64,000 nt of DNA from the human T2T-CHM13v2.0 reference genome, Homo sapiens, in the NCBI RefSeq assembly GCF_009914755.1, contig NC_060931.1; one strand, written 5' to 3'. Numbering within the stretch: position 1 is the first letter of the stretch; every line of letters starts with the position of its first letter. The position numbers and the translations under genes were made by a program. Positions 1 through 16,110 of the stretch are shown in pieces. The notes beneath the pieces were generated by a model. That model did not search any database, had not been told where the DNA came from, and was given only the letters and a program-made list of their open reading frames with translations.

Positions 1-140
1 CACTCAGCCGAGATATTTTCCTTTTTAGCTTAAGAGATTGCTGTTTTGGCTTTTATTATATATTATTCAAAAAACAAACTAAAGTTACACATCATTACTT
101 GAATTTTAGTAGTTTCTGACCTTTGACACTTAAAAGTGGT

Positions 141-515
141 TGTCTTAGTTCATTTGGGTGGCTATAACAGAACACACAGACTGGGTAATCTATAATAAAC
201 AGGTATGTATTTGGTTTACAGTTCTGGAGGTCAGGAAGTCCAAGAGCATGCTGCTGGCATTTGTCAAAGGCCTTCCTGCTGTGTCATCCCATGGTGGAAG
301 GCAGAAGGGCCAGAGAGGGTGATGGCAAGCTCAATTCACATCCATCACAAGCCCACTCTGGCAACAGTGAATCCACTCCCTCAATAATAACATTAATCCT
401 TTCATGAAGGCAGGTCCCTCATGGCCTAATCACCTCTAAATGGTCCCACCTCTCAATACTGTTTTATGGAATTGTGTCCAACACTTGAATTTTGGGGGAC
501 ACATTCAAACTATAG
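141..515 (-). mobile_element. MaLR LTR (MST/MLT1A-like)
   Basis: Begins tgtcttagttcatttgggtggctataacag and ends ggggacacattcaaactatagc, typical of an antisense MaLR LTR. Confidence 0.7.
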
Positions 516-2261
516 CGATCATGAAAAATCTTTTTTATTATCTCAAATGTCACCAAAATCTCTAGGCTTTTCCTTTATAGTCAATAAAAGTGTAATTAAA
601 TACATGAAAAAATCTCCAGTTTTGTTATTTCAAACTCCATTTAAATTTGACTGTTGGCTCAAAATTCAGTGAGCTACCCTTTTATCAAATCACTGTCCTT
701 AGAGAATCCATGGTTAAATTAATACATCCAGTATTTGTTGTCATTGATAGTAATGGTAAAATTTTGTTTGTGGGAATTTTGGCTAAATTAAGATTCCTAC
801 ATAAAGAGGCATTCAGAGGTCCAAACATCATTCCACTGCAATTAAGCTAGTTTCTCATTCCTTCCTTTCCTGAAATAACATTTTTTTTCCTAGAGAAGCA
901 GTTAATAAAATTTCTTTTCAATATGCTTCATAGAAATCAGAATGTTTTCCAATAAAAACAGCTTCTCGCTGTTTTTCACTCTGGTCATCTTAGCTCTGCA
1001 TAGATACATTGAGTTTATTTTAGGTGTCTAAATGAATGTGCTGCATGCTGTAGAGAAGGAATAAATGCCCTATTTTTGAAGACATAATTTCCATTTTTGC
1101 TTAGTTGAGAGGCAGCATTGCTGCATGGAGAAGCTCCATTGCTTCTCTATAAGAAAGAAAGATTGCTTGCTTGGTACCAATTTCTAAAGAGAAAGCACAA
1201 AGGATCATTGGTTTAGAGCAAGTCCTGTGATATGACAGCTCCCACAGTTTCCCAGAATATCCTTTAGTTTTAAAGCAGGCAAAGGCAGGTAGACAACAGC
1301 CAAGCATACAAAGAACAATCATGCTTTGAAGATTTTTTCCTTAATGGCCGAGTTTCTTTCTAGCATAGAAGTGGTGCCATCAATGCAAGTGAGTGATGTG
1401 ATCATGCCCTTTAGAAGTCTCTTCAGATGGAACCAAGTGCTTTCACTCGGGGTTTACGCCAGTGATTCACAGTCATGTGGGATTTTTGAAGACACTTTTA
1501 AATGAAGGGAATGATTACACAGACTGGGCAGAGTTAAGGGACACAGAGGGTATACTGAGGTACCGTGGGAAGCTTTATCATCCCAGGCAATGGTGTTACC
1601 AGAGCCTGGGTGAAAGCTAGAGTTCTAGAAGAATCTACGCATAGAGGGTGCATTCCCTGCCAGAACCATGCCAAAGCAGGGAGAAAGAAAGAAAAATACA
1701 TACCCAACTTCCCTCCCCTCCCACTCTCTGACCCCCTATCAGTCAGTGCTTCCCCTTGACCAACCCTTTGGGAAATCCAAGGGCATGAGAGCAGGAGGGC
1801 AATGTCCGCAGGAGGCGGCATCCCAAAGCACAGAGCAGAAAAACAGAGGGTGGAGAGTGGACTGAGAGGTTGGGTGGGGAAGAACAGAGTATCACCAGCA
1901 CAGGTAGCATCCCCTCTACTCAGATAGCACAGATGACCCAGATCATTCCAGAAGAGTCCATTGGTTTACAGTCTGCTTCTGTCACTCTGGCTCTGAGAAG
2001 GTGGGCGTTTCCTCTGCTTTCTCCCGTGCTATGGAGTTTTTGCTCAGGTGGGGCACCTTGACAACTCTCCCACATCCATTCTCCCCACGCGCACCCTGTG
2101 AATGCTCCCCTCTGAGCTCCTGCCCACTGTTCAGGGAAAGAAAAGGCTTGGAAGACTGGCCCTGCTATTTAAGGGTCTACAAATAAAATAAAACTAATCC
2201 TTCCAGTTATTTGGGGGATAAACTTTTTTAAAACCTGATCATGAAAAAGTTTATTTCCCAC

Positions 2262-2618
2262 CTGCTGTTGTTTGAATGTATCCCCCAAAAATTTCTGTTT
2301 TGAAACTTAATTGCCATTGTAACACGATTAAGAGGTAAGGCCTTTAAGAGATGACTAGGCCATGAAATCTCCACTCTCATGAATGGACTAATGCTGTTAT
2401 CACAGGAGTGGGCTCCTGACAAAAGGATAAGTTTGGCCCCCGTTTTCTCTCTCTCTCACAGTGGGATGCCCTTATACCATGGCATGACTCTTGCCAGATG
2501 CTGGTGCCATTCTCTTGGACTTCTCAGCCTCCAGAAACGTGAGGCAAATACACTCCTGTTCTTTATAAATTATGTAGTTTGTAGTATTCTCTTACATCAA
2601 CAGAAAACTGAAGACACA
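2262..2618 (+). mobile_element. MaLR LTR (MST-like)
   Basis: tttgaatgtatcccccaaaa ... cttggacttctcagcctccagaa ... tttataaatta. Confidence 0.7.
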
Positions 2619-3324
2619 TTTTAAAAGAAACTGAGTCTTTGTGGAAAACTCTAGAAATTCAGAGTTCACCTTTTGTTGCCAATTTCTACAAAGTCAAGAC
2701 TTACAGAAAAATCACAATTCTTCCTTCAGTTCTGGAAAATCTCTTTTTTTTTCTTCCCCCCTCCCTCAGTTTCAGAAAATCTCTAACAAAAATTTTTTAT
2801 GTGCAATTTTAATATTTGCCAGTATCTGGTGTTGATTTTTTCTGCTGGTGACATTTGTAATTTGGATTTAAGACTAATACTTCATATTTATTTATTTATT
2901 CAATAATCTATGAGAAATTGTTCATGGTTTTGCCCAAGAATTCCAGAACTGCAATATTACTAATTATTCGTCTATTTTTTTGCTAGTTTAATTCTTACAT
3001 ATTCTTCTCTTCTAAAAGAACATATAACATATGGCAACGTTCTAATTATCTATCCAAAAAGCCCAAGGAGGCACAATGCTTACTTTTTGCTTTTGCTTCA
3101 CCAAGTCTTTTGTTCCTTCATCAAATGTTTAGCTTTTACCATTGTTGTGCAGCTATTATCTGCTTTTATAAAAATGAATATAGATGTATATCCTGACTTT
3201 TATTCGTAAACATGTCATCGTAAGCATTTTCCCAAGCTGGGCTATAGTCTGCCGAAATGTGACTTTAGTCATTGTGTCATATTCCTTCTAATGCAAACAC
3301 TTCATAAGAATTTCCCAATTTTTG

Positions 3325-4546
<1,222 letters not shown>

Positions 4547-4609
4547 TCACTTAAACCATTAAAAAATTTGTGTAAACATCACATTGAACAACACAATTTT
4601 TTTTTTTTT

Positions 4610-5000
4610 TTTTTACTTTTTAGATTGACACTTTGAACTGCATGTATTTCTTGTGTACAACATGATGTTTTGAAGTATATATACATTGTGGAATAACTAA
4701 ATCTAGCTAATTGACATATAAAAAAATAAGGGAATCCTGTCATCCAAGACAACATAGATGAACATGGAGGACATTATATTAAGTGAAATAAGCCTGGCAC
4801 AGAAAGACAAACACTGCATGGTCTCATTCATACGTAGAATCTAAAAAGTTGAACTCACAGAAGTGAAAAATAGAATGATGGATACCAGGGGTTGAGTTGT
4901 TGAGGGGGATGGGCGGTTGAGGGAAATGGGCTGGAAAGATGTCAGTCCAAGGATGTAAGGCTTCAGTTAGACAGGAGGAAAAATTTCAAGAGATTTACAG
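4610..5000. mobile_element. Old L1 (L1MA/MB) 3'-end fragments
   Basis: gaacatggaggacattatattaagtgaaataagcc...cacagaaagacaaacactgcatg is an L1 3' motif; it is preceded by a short antisense tail piece. Confidence 0.7.
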
Positions 5001-5222
5001 TCATTAAACCAGTTTCAATGTATGAACATGATTAGATCCAGGATTTTTTTTTTAAAAAAAAGCTTTAAATGATATATTTGAGACAATTGGGGAACTTGAA
5101 TACGGTGTTGTTATACAGAACATAATTCTTAAGACAAGCATGTGAAGTAACATGACTTACACATTGTTAGCAGTTTTTAACATATAATATAGACACATAT
5201 ATGCATATAAACAAACACACTT

Positions 5223-5660
5223 TGAAATAAAAATAAATCTTGGGACCCCCAAATCACTAAGCTAAAGGGAAAAGTCAAAATGGGAACTGGTTAGGGCAAA
5301 TCTGCCTCTTATTCTATTCAAAGTCACCCCTCAGCATACTGAGATAAATGCATATCTGCTTCCTTTGGAAAGGCTATTCAGAAACTCGAAAGAATGCAAC
5401 CATTAGTCTCTTATCTACTTATGTTCTGGAAGCCCCAACCCAGCTTCAAGTTGTCCGACCTTTCCAGACCGAACCAATATCTTACATATATTGACTGATG
5501 TCTCATGTCACCTTGAAACATGTAAAACCAAGCTATGGCCTGACCACCTTCGGCATATGCTGTCAGACCTCCTGAGGCTGTGTCACAGGCATGTCCTTAA
5601 CCTTGGCAAAATAAACTTTATAAATTAACTGAGACCTATCTCAGATATTTTGGGTTAACA
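5223..5660 (+). mobile_element. ERV1 solo LTR, MER4A-like
   Basis: TG...CA ends; aaatcactaagctaaagggaaaagtcaa; AATAAA near the 3' end. Confidence 0.8.
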
Positions 5661-6290
5661 ATACATACAAATATACATACTTTCTGCTAGTGAAAAGGTG
5701 GCAAAATATTAACAGCAGGTGAAATTAGGTAACTTATTTAGATGTCCGATGCTAGTTAGAGAACATTTATGTTTTGAGCACTACTGGGAAATATAACTAG
5801 TCCAATAGCAGCGGGGGCAGAATGTTCAGTCAGCAGTGTCTCACATAAACATGAAGACTTGATGTCCTCAACTTCAATCACAGCCTGTCACACAGCAGGC
5901 TCGTGTCCATGCGACTAGCTTCCTATGAGGACTCTGGACTGCAGGATTCAAGTGGGTGTGCCTGGTGGACACAGGTGTCTGTGGTTTGCCTCTGGAGAGC
6001 AAGCAGCAGAGGGAGGATTTAGAAGCCTGTGCCGGCCTTCCCTCGCCTTCCTGCACTGGAAGCTGTGCTGCAACCCATTTTAACCAACAATATAACTTTC
6101 TCTTGGGTCAGATTCATCTGACCTTCAGCAAGGCATCCAGCTAGGGATGGGACCCCAAAACAAAAGGGCCTATGGGAGCCTTCTCGGGTTCTGGTGTAAC
6201 GGCAAAGACAAATGTAAAAAAAAGGAAACTTGAATTTTCTCCAGTACAAGAAGCAAAAGAGACTCCCCATTTCTTTCTTTAGAGGATTTA

Positions 6291-7050
6291 CTTAATTTTT
6301 TAATTTTTTTACTTCAATAGCTTTTGGGGTATAAGTGGTTTTTGGTTATGTGAACCCAGAAAATCTGAGACAAGTCTCAGTTAATTTAGAAAGTTTATTT
6401 TGCCAAGGTTGAGGACACGCATGTGACACAGCCTCAGGAAGACCTGATGACATGTGCCCAAGCTGGTTGGGGCAGAGCTTAGTTTTGTACATTTTAGGGA
6501 GATATGAGACATCAATCAGTACATGTAAGAAGTACACTGGTTCGGTCTAGAAAGGCGGGACATCTTGAAGCAAAGGCAGGAAGACTGGAAGCAGGGAGGG
6601 AGCTTCCAGGTCACAGATAGGTGATGCACAAACATTCTTTTGAGTTTCTGATTAGCCTTTCCAAAGGGGGAAATCAGATATGCATCTGTCTCAGTGAGCA
6701 GAGGGGTGACTTTGAGTAGAACGGGAGGCAGGTTTGCCCTAAGTCGTTTCCAGCTTGAGTTTTCCTTAGTGATTTTGGGGGACCAAGATATTTTCCTTTC
6801 AGTTACATAAATGAATTCTATAGTGGTGAAATCTGAGATTTTAGTGTAAAGGGCAACCAAGTTGTATTCACTGTACCCAATATGTAGTGTTTGATGCCTC
6901 ATCCCCCACCTTCCTCATTGAGTCTCCAAAGTCCATTATATCACTGTATTCCTTTGTGTCCTCATAGCTTAGCTTCCACTTGGAAGTGGGAACATATGGT
7001 ATTTGGTTTTCCATTCCTGAGTTACTTCTCTCAGAATAATGGCCTCCAGC
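6291..7050 (-). mobile_element. L1P 3' fragment interrupted by a MER4A-like LTR
   Basis: Flanked by TSD ttagaggattta (6279-6290 and 7051-7062). Contains the L1 3'UTR motif tttccattcctgagttacttc. Confidence 0.75.
6349..6801 (-). mobile_element. ERV1 solo LTR, MER4A-like
   Basis: Reverse-complement relative of 5223-5660; 4-bp TSD GTTA. Confidence 0.85.
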
Positions 7051-7357
7051 TTAGAGGATTTATTTTAGAAAATGCCTCATCATAAGTTCTTTCTCTCTCC
7101 TTTTCAGATAGATTTATGCAAATCTTTCTAAAAGCTAAATAAGCTTCTTGCCAGTTTCACAATCCAGGGATGCTTTTCTCAAGTACCTGGGAGCTATCTC
7201 TTTGCAATGTAAACATCAAGGAAGAGAACTCCCTATCCCCAGATTCCAGGGGAGGGTAAGAGTCCAACTTCAGCAGGCACCTGGCTCGACATTTTATTTT
7301 CTTTTGGATAAAGGCAATTAGCAAGCACAAGTGACCACTCCAATTACCAGGTGAATA

Positions 7358-8098
7358 TGAAACAGGAGAGTTTCCTGACCCCCCTCGCAAGACCTGCAGC
7401 AGGGGTGTGGCTCATCTGTTAGGCTACCACACCCTCAAATCCCTTTTAGGAGGGGGAGCCCACAGACAGGCAGGTGCAAGAGCCAGGGAGAGTGCTTTTG
7501 GGCTCCAGCCCCACGGTAGTGTCTAGGGGTGGGTGCCTGCAACTCCCGAAGTTCCAATGGGCATGTGACAGTGCTACTTTAGCTCTGCCATTCACAGATG
7601 GCTTACATGTTAACCAGCTCAGTGCCCTCATGGTACCTGGGTCCTTGTCCGGCATCCAGGAAGAGTCAGGTCACATGGACAAATTGAAGGATGCTAAATG
7701 AGGAGGATTTTGTTGCCAGATGGAGGTGTCTCTCAGTGGGATGAATGGGGAACTGGAAAGGGGATGAGGTGGGAAGCTGATCTTCCCCTGGAGTTCATCC
7801 ATCCTGCAACTGATCTCTCCAACCGTCACCAGCTGAACTCCTCTCAACGTTCAGACGCCCCTTCTCTGCAACTCTACCACTCTTCTGTTCCCCTGCTCTT
7901 CTGCTTATGGAGCCTGGTGTTTTGGGTTTATATGGATACAGGATAGGAGGGTGTGGTAGGCCAAAAGGCAATATTTGGGCATGAAAACAGGAATGCCTGT
8001 TCCCATTTAGGGCTTTGAGTTTCCAGGTTTGAGGATGGGGCCCTTGCTGGGGAACCTCCCTCTTCTACCCAGCATTTCCCTGCCTCCTGTCCATATCA
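7358..8098 (-). mobile_element. ERV1 LTR (MER52/LTR27/LTR28-like), nested in an older LTR
   Basis: TG...CA ends. The minus strand begins tgatatggacaggaggcagggaaatgctgggtagaagaggg. Confidence 0.7.
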
Positions 8099-9111
8099 AA
8101 TGTAGTATGAACTATATGTGACAAACGGTGCTGCCAAGTTCTCTTACTTAAGGACTAGTTATTTTTCTTGAGAACAAGTATGCAATGAGTTGTATCTGCC
8201 AGGTTATATACGTGGCTTTTTTTTTCTATCTTTGCAATCTCTTTCATGGATTGCCTGTGATATGTGTCACATGAGCTTAGTGTGTATTCAGTGATAAAAC
8301 TGTTTTCTTTCTCTTCTAAACTTGTGGAGAGGCTTTCTGGGTTAGCAGGAGAATTTGTTTTCAATTCCATTTCCTCAGTACTGGAAATGTCTGTATCTTA
8401 AGCTAGGCGGTGGTTACGAGTATGAACGTACGTAAAACTTCTTTAACCTTTGTGTATATCACTCTAGATAAATTCTATGTCAATTTAAAAAGAAAGAAAG
8501 AAAAAAGACAAGAAAATGCCAATTCAGCCACTGCCTTTTGCCTTCCCACAGCTGAAGAAGGGACACAGGGTGTGCTGCTCAGAAGTCTCTCATTTCCAAC
8601 TCTGACCACCAGCACCTGAACCTCGCTGTCTCCACCCAGAGCGTGTGCCACTGTACCGCTTCCTACACAGCAAGGGGTCTGAAGGGATGTAATCTGAGCT
8701 TGGCAACTATATCCAATATAAAGAGGATGCAATGAAGGTTGAGAGAACAAATCCAGCTATCTTCTGTGATAATTGTGCATGCCTCGGGCCAAGTCACGTT
8801 GTTAGGCAGATTGCTGAGTTGGGTGAGTACTTGCAGCAAAATATCAAACTAGCGGGTGGTGATGGGATATCACCCACTCATTAGAGAGAAGGAACTGCCT
8901 TGGCATGAAGAAAAAATTACAAATGATCAAAAAATAAGAGAAAAAAAGTTTCACCTTTTCAGGGTAAGAATATGGATAAAGACAGGTAGAATGGGTATTT
9001 ATTGTCTTCAATTACAAGCAAACTACCAGGGATCAAGGAAATATAAAGATAGTTTCTTCCTCCACTTACAAAACCATCAGTGGGGCCCAACCAGACAAAA
9101 CTATACAAACT

Positions 9112-9408
<297 letters not shown>

Positions 9409-10730
9409 GTATACAAGCTTAGAAAATACAGTTAGAGCCAACCTGCCAGGCATCCTTGCATACTTCAGACCAGGGATGCTTGTCTGCATGCTTTGTTTGG
9501 GTCCATCTCTAGAGTATTCTTCTGTCTGCAGAGATTGGTGGTGTAGGCACCTTGGGATGACAAATCTTTGAGCGGGGCTTTTCCATGTGTCCCAGAGTTA
9601 GTGACAAAGTCCAAAGCCGTGGACGGAAAGACACTCAGTACCCCCACTACAATTAGAGAAAGATAGCAGCCCCAAAGCCTTGGATTGAAGAAAGAGGCTC
9701 AACCACACCCCTCCACCTGCATCACCAGAAGGAGTAGAATGAGGAAGGGTGGGGGTGGGGGGTCACTGAGTTATCCTGTGGTTTTGCCCAGTTTGGTAGT
9801 AAGAGACTTCTCTTTTCTCCTTCTATGAAAAAGAAAGAGGTGCTTCTCTCACCCACTAACTCAAAGCCAAGAGAGGAGAGGGGAGCTAGAGGAATCATTT
9901 ATGGAGACTGTAGGTGCCTGGAAGAAGGACTGGCCTCTCTCTACCTGGATGATCCTTTCTGCAAGCGGGAAGTTCACTAGAGGAACCCAGGCCAGCATGA
10001 TGAGAAGGGCCTGCTGTGGGGTGTGCCCAAGAGCAGGAGGGATTTGCTTCTTCATCTGTCCCAGGTCCTGGAAGCTCTGAGGGCATAAGCCACCGCAGTG
10101 TGAAGAGCAGATGCTGGAGGAAGGCACAGGGCCAGACAGGGAAAGCCCCACACTGAAGAGATGTTGTAGATGTGGATTGCTGTGTGCCTAAAGGGAGACA
10201 CAGCAGCCCCTTTTTGAGGGGATTCTCTGTGATAAAGGGTAGGTCAGGGGGAAGCTGAACACTGTCCCTCCCACCAAAACACATACGCCATCTACATATA
10301 CACAGCATAACAGAGAAGCCACCAACCAGCACCAAACTGAAACAATCCAAGCAAGAGTAGGCCCAGAAGGGGAGGGCAGAGGGTAATAAAGGAACAGATG
10401 GTAGCCCTGTTCCTACTCCAGCGATTGCATCAAATATGACTGCAGCAGATTTCCTTCAGGCTTTTCTTTTTAAATAAATTTTTGTTGAAGGGAAACACAT
10501 ACATAAAGTGCATAAATGGTAAGATCACAGTCCAACGAACCATCACAAAGTGAGCACAGCCCTGCACATGAATGACTGAATGTTACCAAAGCCCCAGACA
10601 CCCCTCATGCCCCTCCCAGTCACTGCTCCTCTCTGGAAGGTGACCACTATCCTGACTTCTAATAACAAAGATGAGTTTGGACTACTTCGAACCTTGCATG
10701 ACTGGAATCATATGGTAGGTTCTCTTTTGA

Positions 10731-11128
<398 letters not shown>

Positions 11129-11544
11129 TATTTATTATTTACACACCATTGCATGGTGTATGCTTTCTATTATCTGCTATAACATATTACTACAACCTTA
11201 GCTGCTTAAAACAATGGAGATTTATTTTCTCACAGTTCTGGAGGCCAGAAATGCTTAGTCGGTATCACTGGGCCCTAACCAGGGTCCCAGCAGGGCCACA
11301 GTTGTCCAGAGGCTTTAAGAGAGAGTCCTCACCTCCAGGAGCTTCTGGGAGCTGCCAGCAGCCCTTGTCTTGTGGCCACTCAACCTCTGCTTCCTTGGCC
11401 ACATTGCCACCTCCTCTTCTGTATTAAATCTCCTTCCGGCTCCCTCTTATAAGGACACGTGATTGCATTTAGGGCATTGAGGGCCCCTCTGGTCGTCTCC
11501 TTCTCTCAGGATCTTTGGCTCAATCGCAGCTGTAAAGACCCTAT

Positions 11545-12729
<1,185 letters not shown>

Positions 12730-15700
12730 CAGCGGCATCTAGGTGATGGCCAACTCCAGGCCGCTCTCCAGCTGCTTGGCCTGGCACCTCAGCTCTGCCA
12801 GCTCCCGGAAGCAACAGGCCACCAAGCGGCCCCAGGCTCCCGCGGCAGTGAGCCCTCTACTCTGCTCTCAAAAACTGATGCCGCCAAGGAGCCCGCCATG
12901 GCCAGCCCTGCTCAAAGCCAGGACCAGCCCCGGGAGCCAAGCCGCCAGGCAGCCTTCCTCCAGGGAGGGTCTGGAGGCTGAGGGGGGGCGGCCTGCGGGT
13001 GACCAAGGAGATAGCCATGCAGCGCCACGTGGGGGACCTCCGGCTGCTGGGGAGTCCCCGGCCACACCCGGTTCCCCAGGCCTGGCCTGGCAGGATGGTA
13101 GCTGCCTCTAAGAGGGGAAACCCGAGTAAGAAAAGCGGGACCCCAGCCGCAAAGATGGTGCCCAGGAGGAGGACAAGACCAAGGACAAGGGCTGAGGGCA
13201 GCCCGGGGAGATGCCCGGTGTGGACAAGAAGGGCCTGCAGGCCAGCAGCCCCTGCCGCAAGGCAGAGCGGGGGAAGCGACCAGTAAGAAGCCATTTTCGG
13301 CCACCGAAGTCCATTTGCTCCCCCAACCCTCCCAGACAGGAAGCACACGAAGGCCCCTGCAGGGAAGCTGGTGGAGTGGAAGGCCTGCTCGCTGGACCCC
13401 TCCCAGGACACCCCAAGCTGAAGAAGCGGGTCTTGAGCCACCCTGATCTCTTCGGAGACCAGAGTGAGGACGAGGCCCCGGAATCTGTGGCGCCGAGGAT
13501 GTGGGCCCCTGCCCTCCCAGCCTCAGCTGGGACTTAGACTCGGTCTCCAGCCTGGGCTTCGGGGAGGCTCAGAAATCGCCCAAGCGGCTCAAGGACTCCC
13601 CGCCCCGCTCCCTGGCCCATCCTACTCCTCCTCCTCCTCCTCCAGCGCGGGCAGGATGTGGACTACTCGGCCCTAGAAAAAGAGGTGGACTTCACTCCGA
13701 CCCCCTGGAGGCGTGCCTGTGGATCTTCGACGAGTCCACTAGCGTCAACACGGAGGACAAAGGTCGACTGGCCTTCAGCCCCCCAAGGAAGAGACCTTCG
13801 GGTCTGACCACTCTGTTCAGAAGAGGATGATCTCATCTTTCCAAGCAAGGCCAGGAGGCGGAGCCCTAGAGGAGGAGTCCCGCGGTGTCCCGCCCACCGG
13901 CGCAGGAGTTAGTTGGCTACCTGCGAGCCCAGCACGCGCAGAGGAAGTAGGTGAGGTGAGCTGGCTGCAGGCCGCCCCCAGGCTGGCGGAGAGCCGTCCT
14001 CGCTCCAAGAGGATCGCCCACGTCCCCAAACCCGCTTGGCTGCAGCCCCTACAGAAAACCCTCGTGGCCAGCTGCAGCCAGACCCCCAGTGAGGCCCCAA
14101 GCCCCTCAGCCAGCTGCTTGAGACCCGCAGGTGGTGAGGGATGGCGTCCAAGACCACCACCACCATCACCCGTAAGCGACTCGCCCACAGTCCATCCTTA
14201 CAGAGTGTAAAGAGACCCATTATCCCCTAAGAGTTTAGGGGCAGTCACCACCGTCATCCGCCAACGCCATCTCAACCTGTTCATCCAGAAGTGTTCCGTT
14301 CTGCGCCACCAGGAGGCTATGGAGAAGGCGCTGAAAGAGGAAACGATGACCTGAGACCGGCAACCCCGGCGAAAACCTCTACCTGAACTGCCACGAACAC
14401 CCTCCTAGAGCTCAGCCGCCTGGGAATCCCCGAGGCCGCAGGATGTGTCCCGGGAGGAGGAGTTGGTGGGCAGGCTGGCCGCCGGGACCAGCTTCTCGTG
14501 CAGCTACTGGAGCAGCCCCCGGTGAGGAACCTGAACCAGGCCGCCCTATGCAGCCCCTTGAGGAGCTCCTGCTAACCCAGGCCCAGCTCAAGAACGGCTC
14601 CCCGTCCCACACCCACCGCTCCGTCTTCTTCACGGCCAAGGAGAAGAAGCCCAAGGACTCCTCCTGCAGGACCTGCTGTCCCGTGGCACCGAGTCCCACG
14701 TGTCCTCGTCGAGCTCTATGTCCGCAACGAGGAGTTGCTGCCACTGGGGGCGGCTGGGAGACCCGGGGTTGCGCGGCGCCATCAGATCGCTGAGCTCACC
14801 TGCCGGCAGAAGGAGCGCCTGGAGGGCTTCGTGAGGACGTTTGAGAAAGCTCTGGGGGACGCCTCCCCACTGGGACCCATGCCCTGGACTGTTGGGCGCC
14901 CTGCACCACGCACGGCCTGGAGCTGGCCCGGTAACGCGGCCACAGGAACGTGGTGCGCGACGCCTTCGTCAAGACCGACGGCTTTCTCGCCGACATTAGC
15001 GTCAGCTGCAGGCAGTCCTGCTGAACGTGTTCCACTTGGCACCAACACCATCGTCACCCGCACCGCCTGGAGAGCGGCCTGTGACCTCTTAGGGTATCCA
15101 CAGCACGGAGGTGGACGAGTCCGCGCTCTCCCCAGCGCCTGGGCCTCCCCTATAAGTGCTCTCTGCGGAGCCTCACGGCCGACCACGTGGGACATCTCAC
15201 CCAGAGCCGCATGTACAGCACAGCTCCCGCGGGGGCGCGGCGCCTGCGTGCATCCGGCTATCTGGAAGGTCCGAGAAGACCAAGCGCTGGCGCCCGCCCG
15301 CCTCTCCTGCCGCCCTAGGCCTCTTCCAAAACAGCGCCATACATCTCCACGAGGCCAGGCAGCTCAGAGCAGCGGGATGAGCGGACGCCGAGAACGCGAC
15401 GCCCAGCAGACCCGCCCAGCCCAGCCCGCGCCCCGCCCTGGCCTCTGGCGCGCGTCCCCGCCCCGCTCTCTGCAGCCCCCAGTCCCGCAGCCCTGGGCCG
15501 TCTCCGCCCCTCAGCCCCACGGCCCGAGCCGCCAAGAGACCCTCGCACCCGCCCGCGGCTCCAACCAGGCCCTCACTTCCGCTCCGGGCTGCGGCAGGCG
15601 CCTCTGCTTCTCACACGGGGCGCCGGGTGGGCTGGTCTCAGGTTTGAGACAGGCTTTTTAAATTCTATATTGTTATTTGTATTATTTTTAATGTAAACCT

Positions 15701-16110
15701 GATGAATTGCACAGTACCTTCCCCACTGAGAAGAGCAGGGGCCCGGCGCTGGCTTCCCTCCTGGGGCATAGGGACGGGACAGACCCGAACAGGAGCCGGG
15801 GGCCACGGCCACACGCGGCCTAGCGTAGGTTGGACACGCCTCCCGGGCTCTCGGGGCTGGCCTGCTTGGTGGGAGCCGGCTTCTGCAACCTACCTACCGC
15901 CCCCTGCGCTGGACTCCGTTACCTCTGAGAACCAAAGAAGCCCCTCGCCAGCCCCCAGGGCCCACTGGCCTCCAAATGCAGTCTTCCTGCAGGAGCACGC
16001 TCCTCGTCTGTGGGGTTCTCTGTACCCCTTCCCCCTCACCCCCAGCATGGACAGAATAAATGGTAGTATAAATAAATGCTGGTTAAAAAAAAGAAACCAC
16101 AAAATAAAAA
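12730..16110 (+). pseudogene. Processed pseudogene of REXO1 (RNA exonuclease 1 homolog), 5'-truncated, multiply frameshifted
   Basis: Collinear intronless peptide fragments in shifting frames resemble REXO1: [100 protein letters not shown] (DEDDh ExoI remnant, ~14880) and IWKVRED (C-terminus, ~15260-15280). These are followed by a 3'UTR-like segment, AATAAA at 16055 and 16071, and an A-rich tail at ~16085-16110. Confidence 0.9.

Noticed and set aside
14735-15661. 308-aa ORF, the longest in the window
   Set aside because: Frameshifted REXO1 pseudogene sequence: only short stretches are in the parental frame, the DEDDh motifs are broken, and it reads through into the 3'UTR. Long ORFs are expected in GC-rich DNA.
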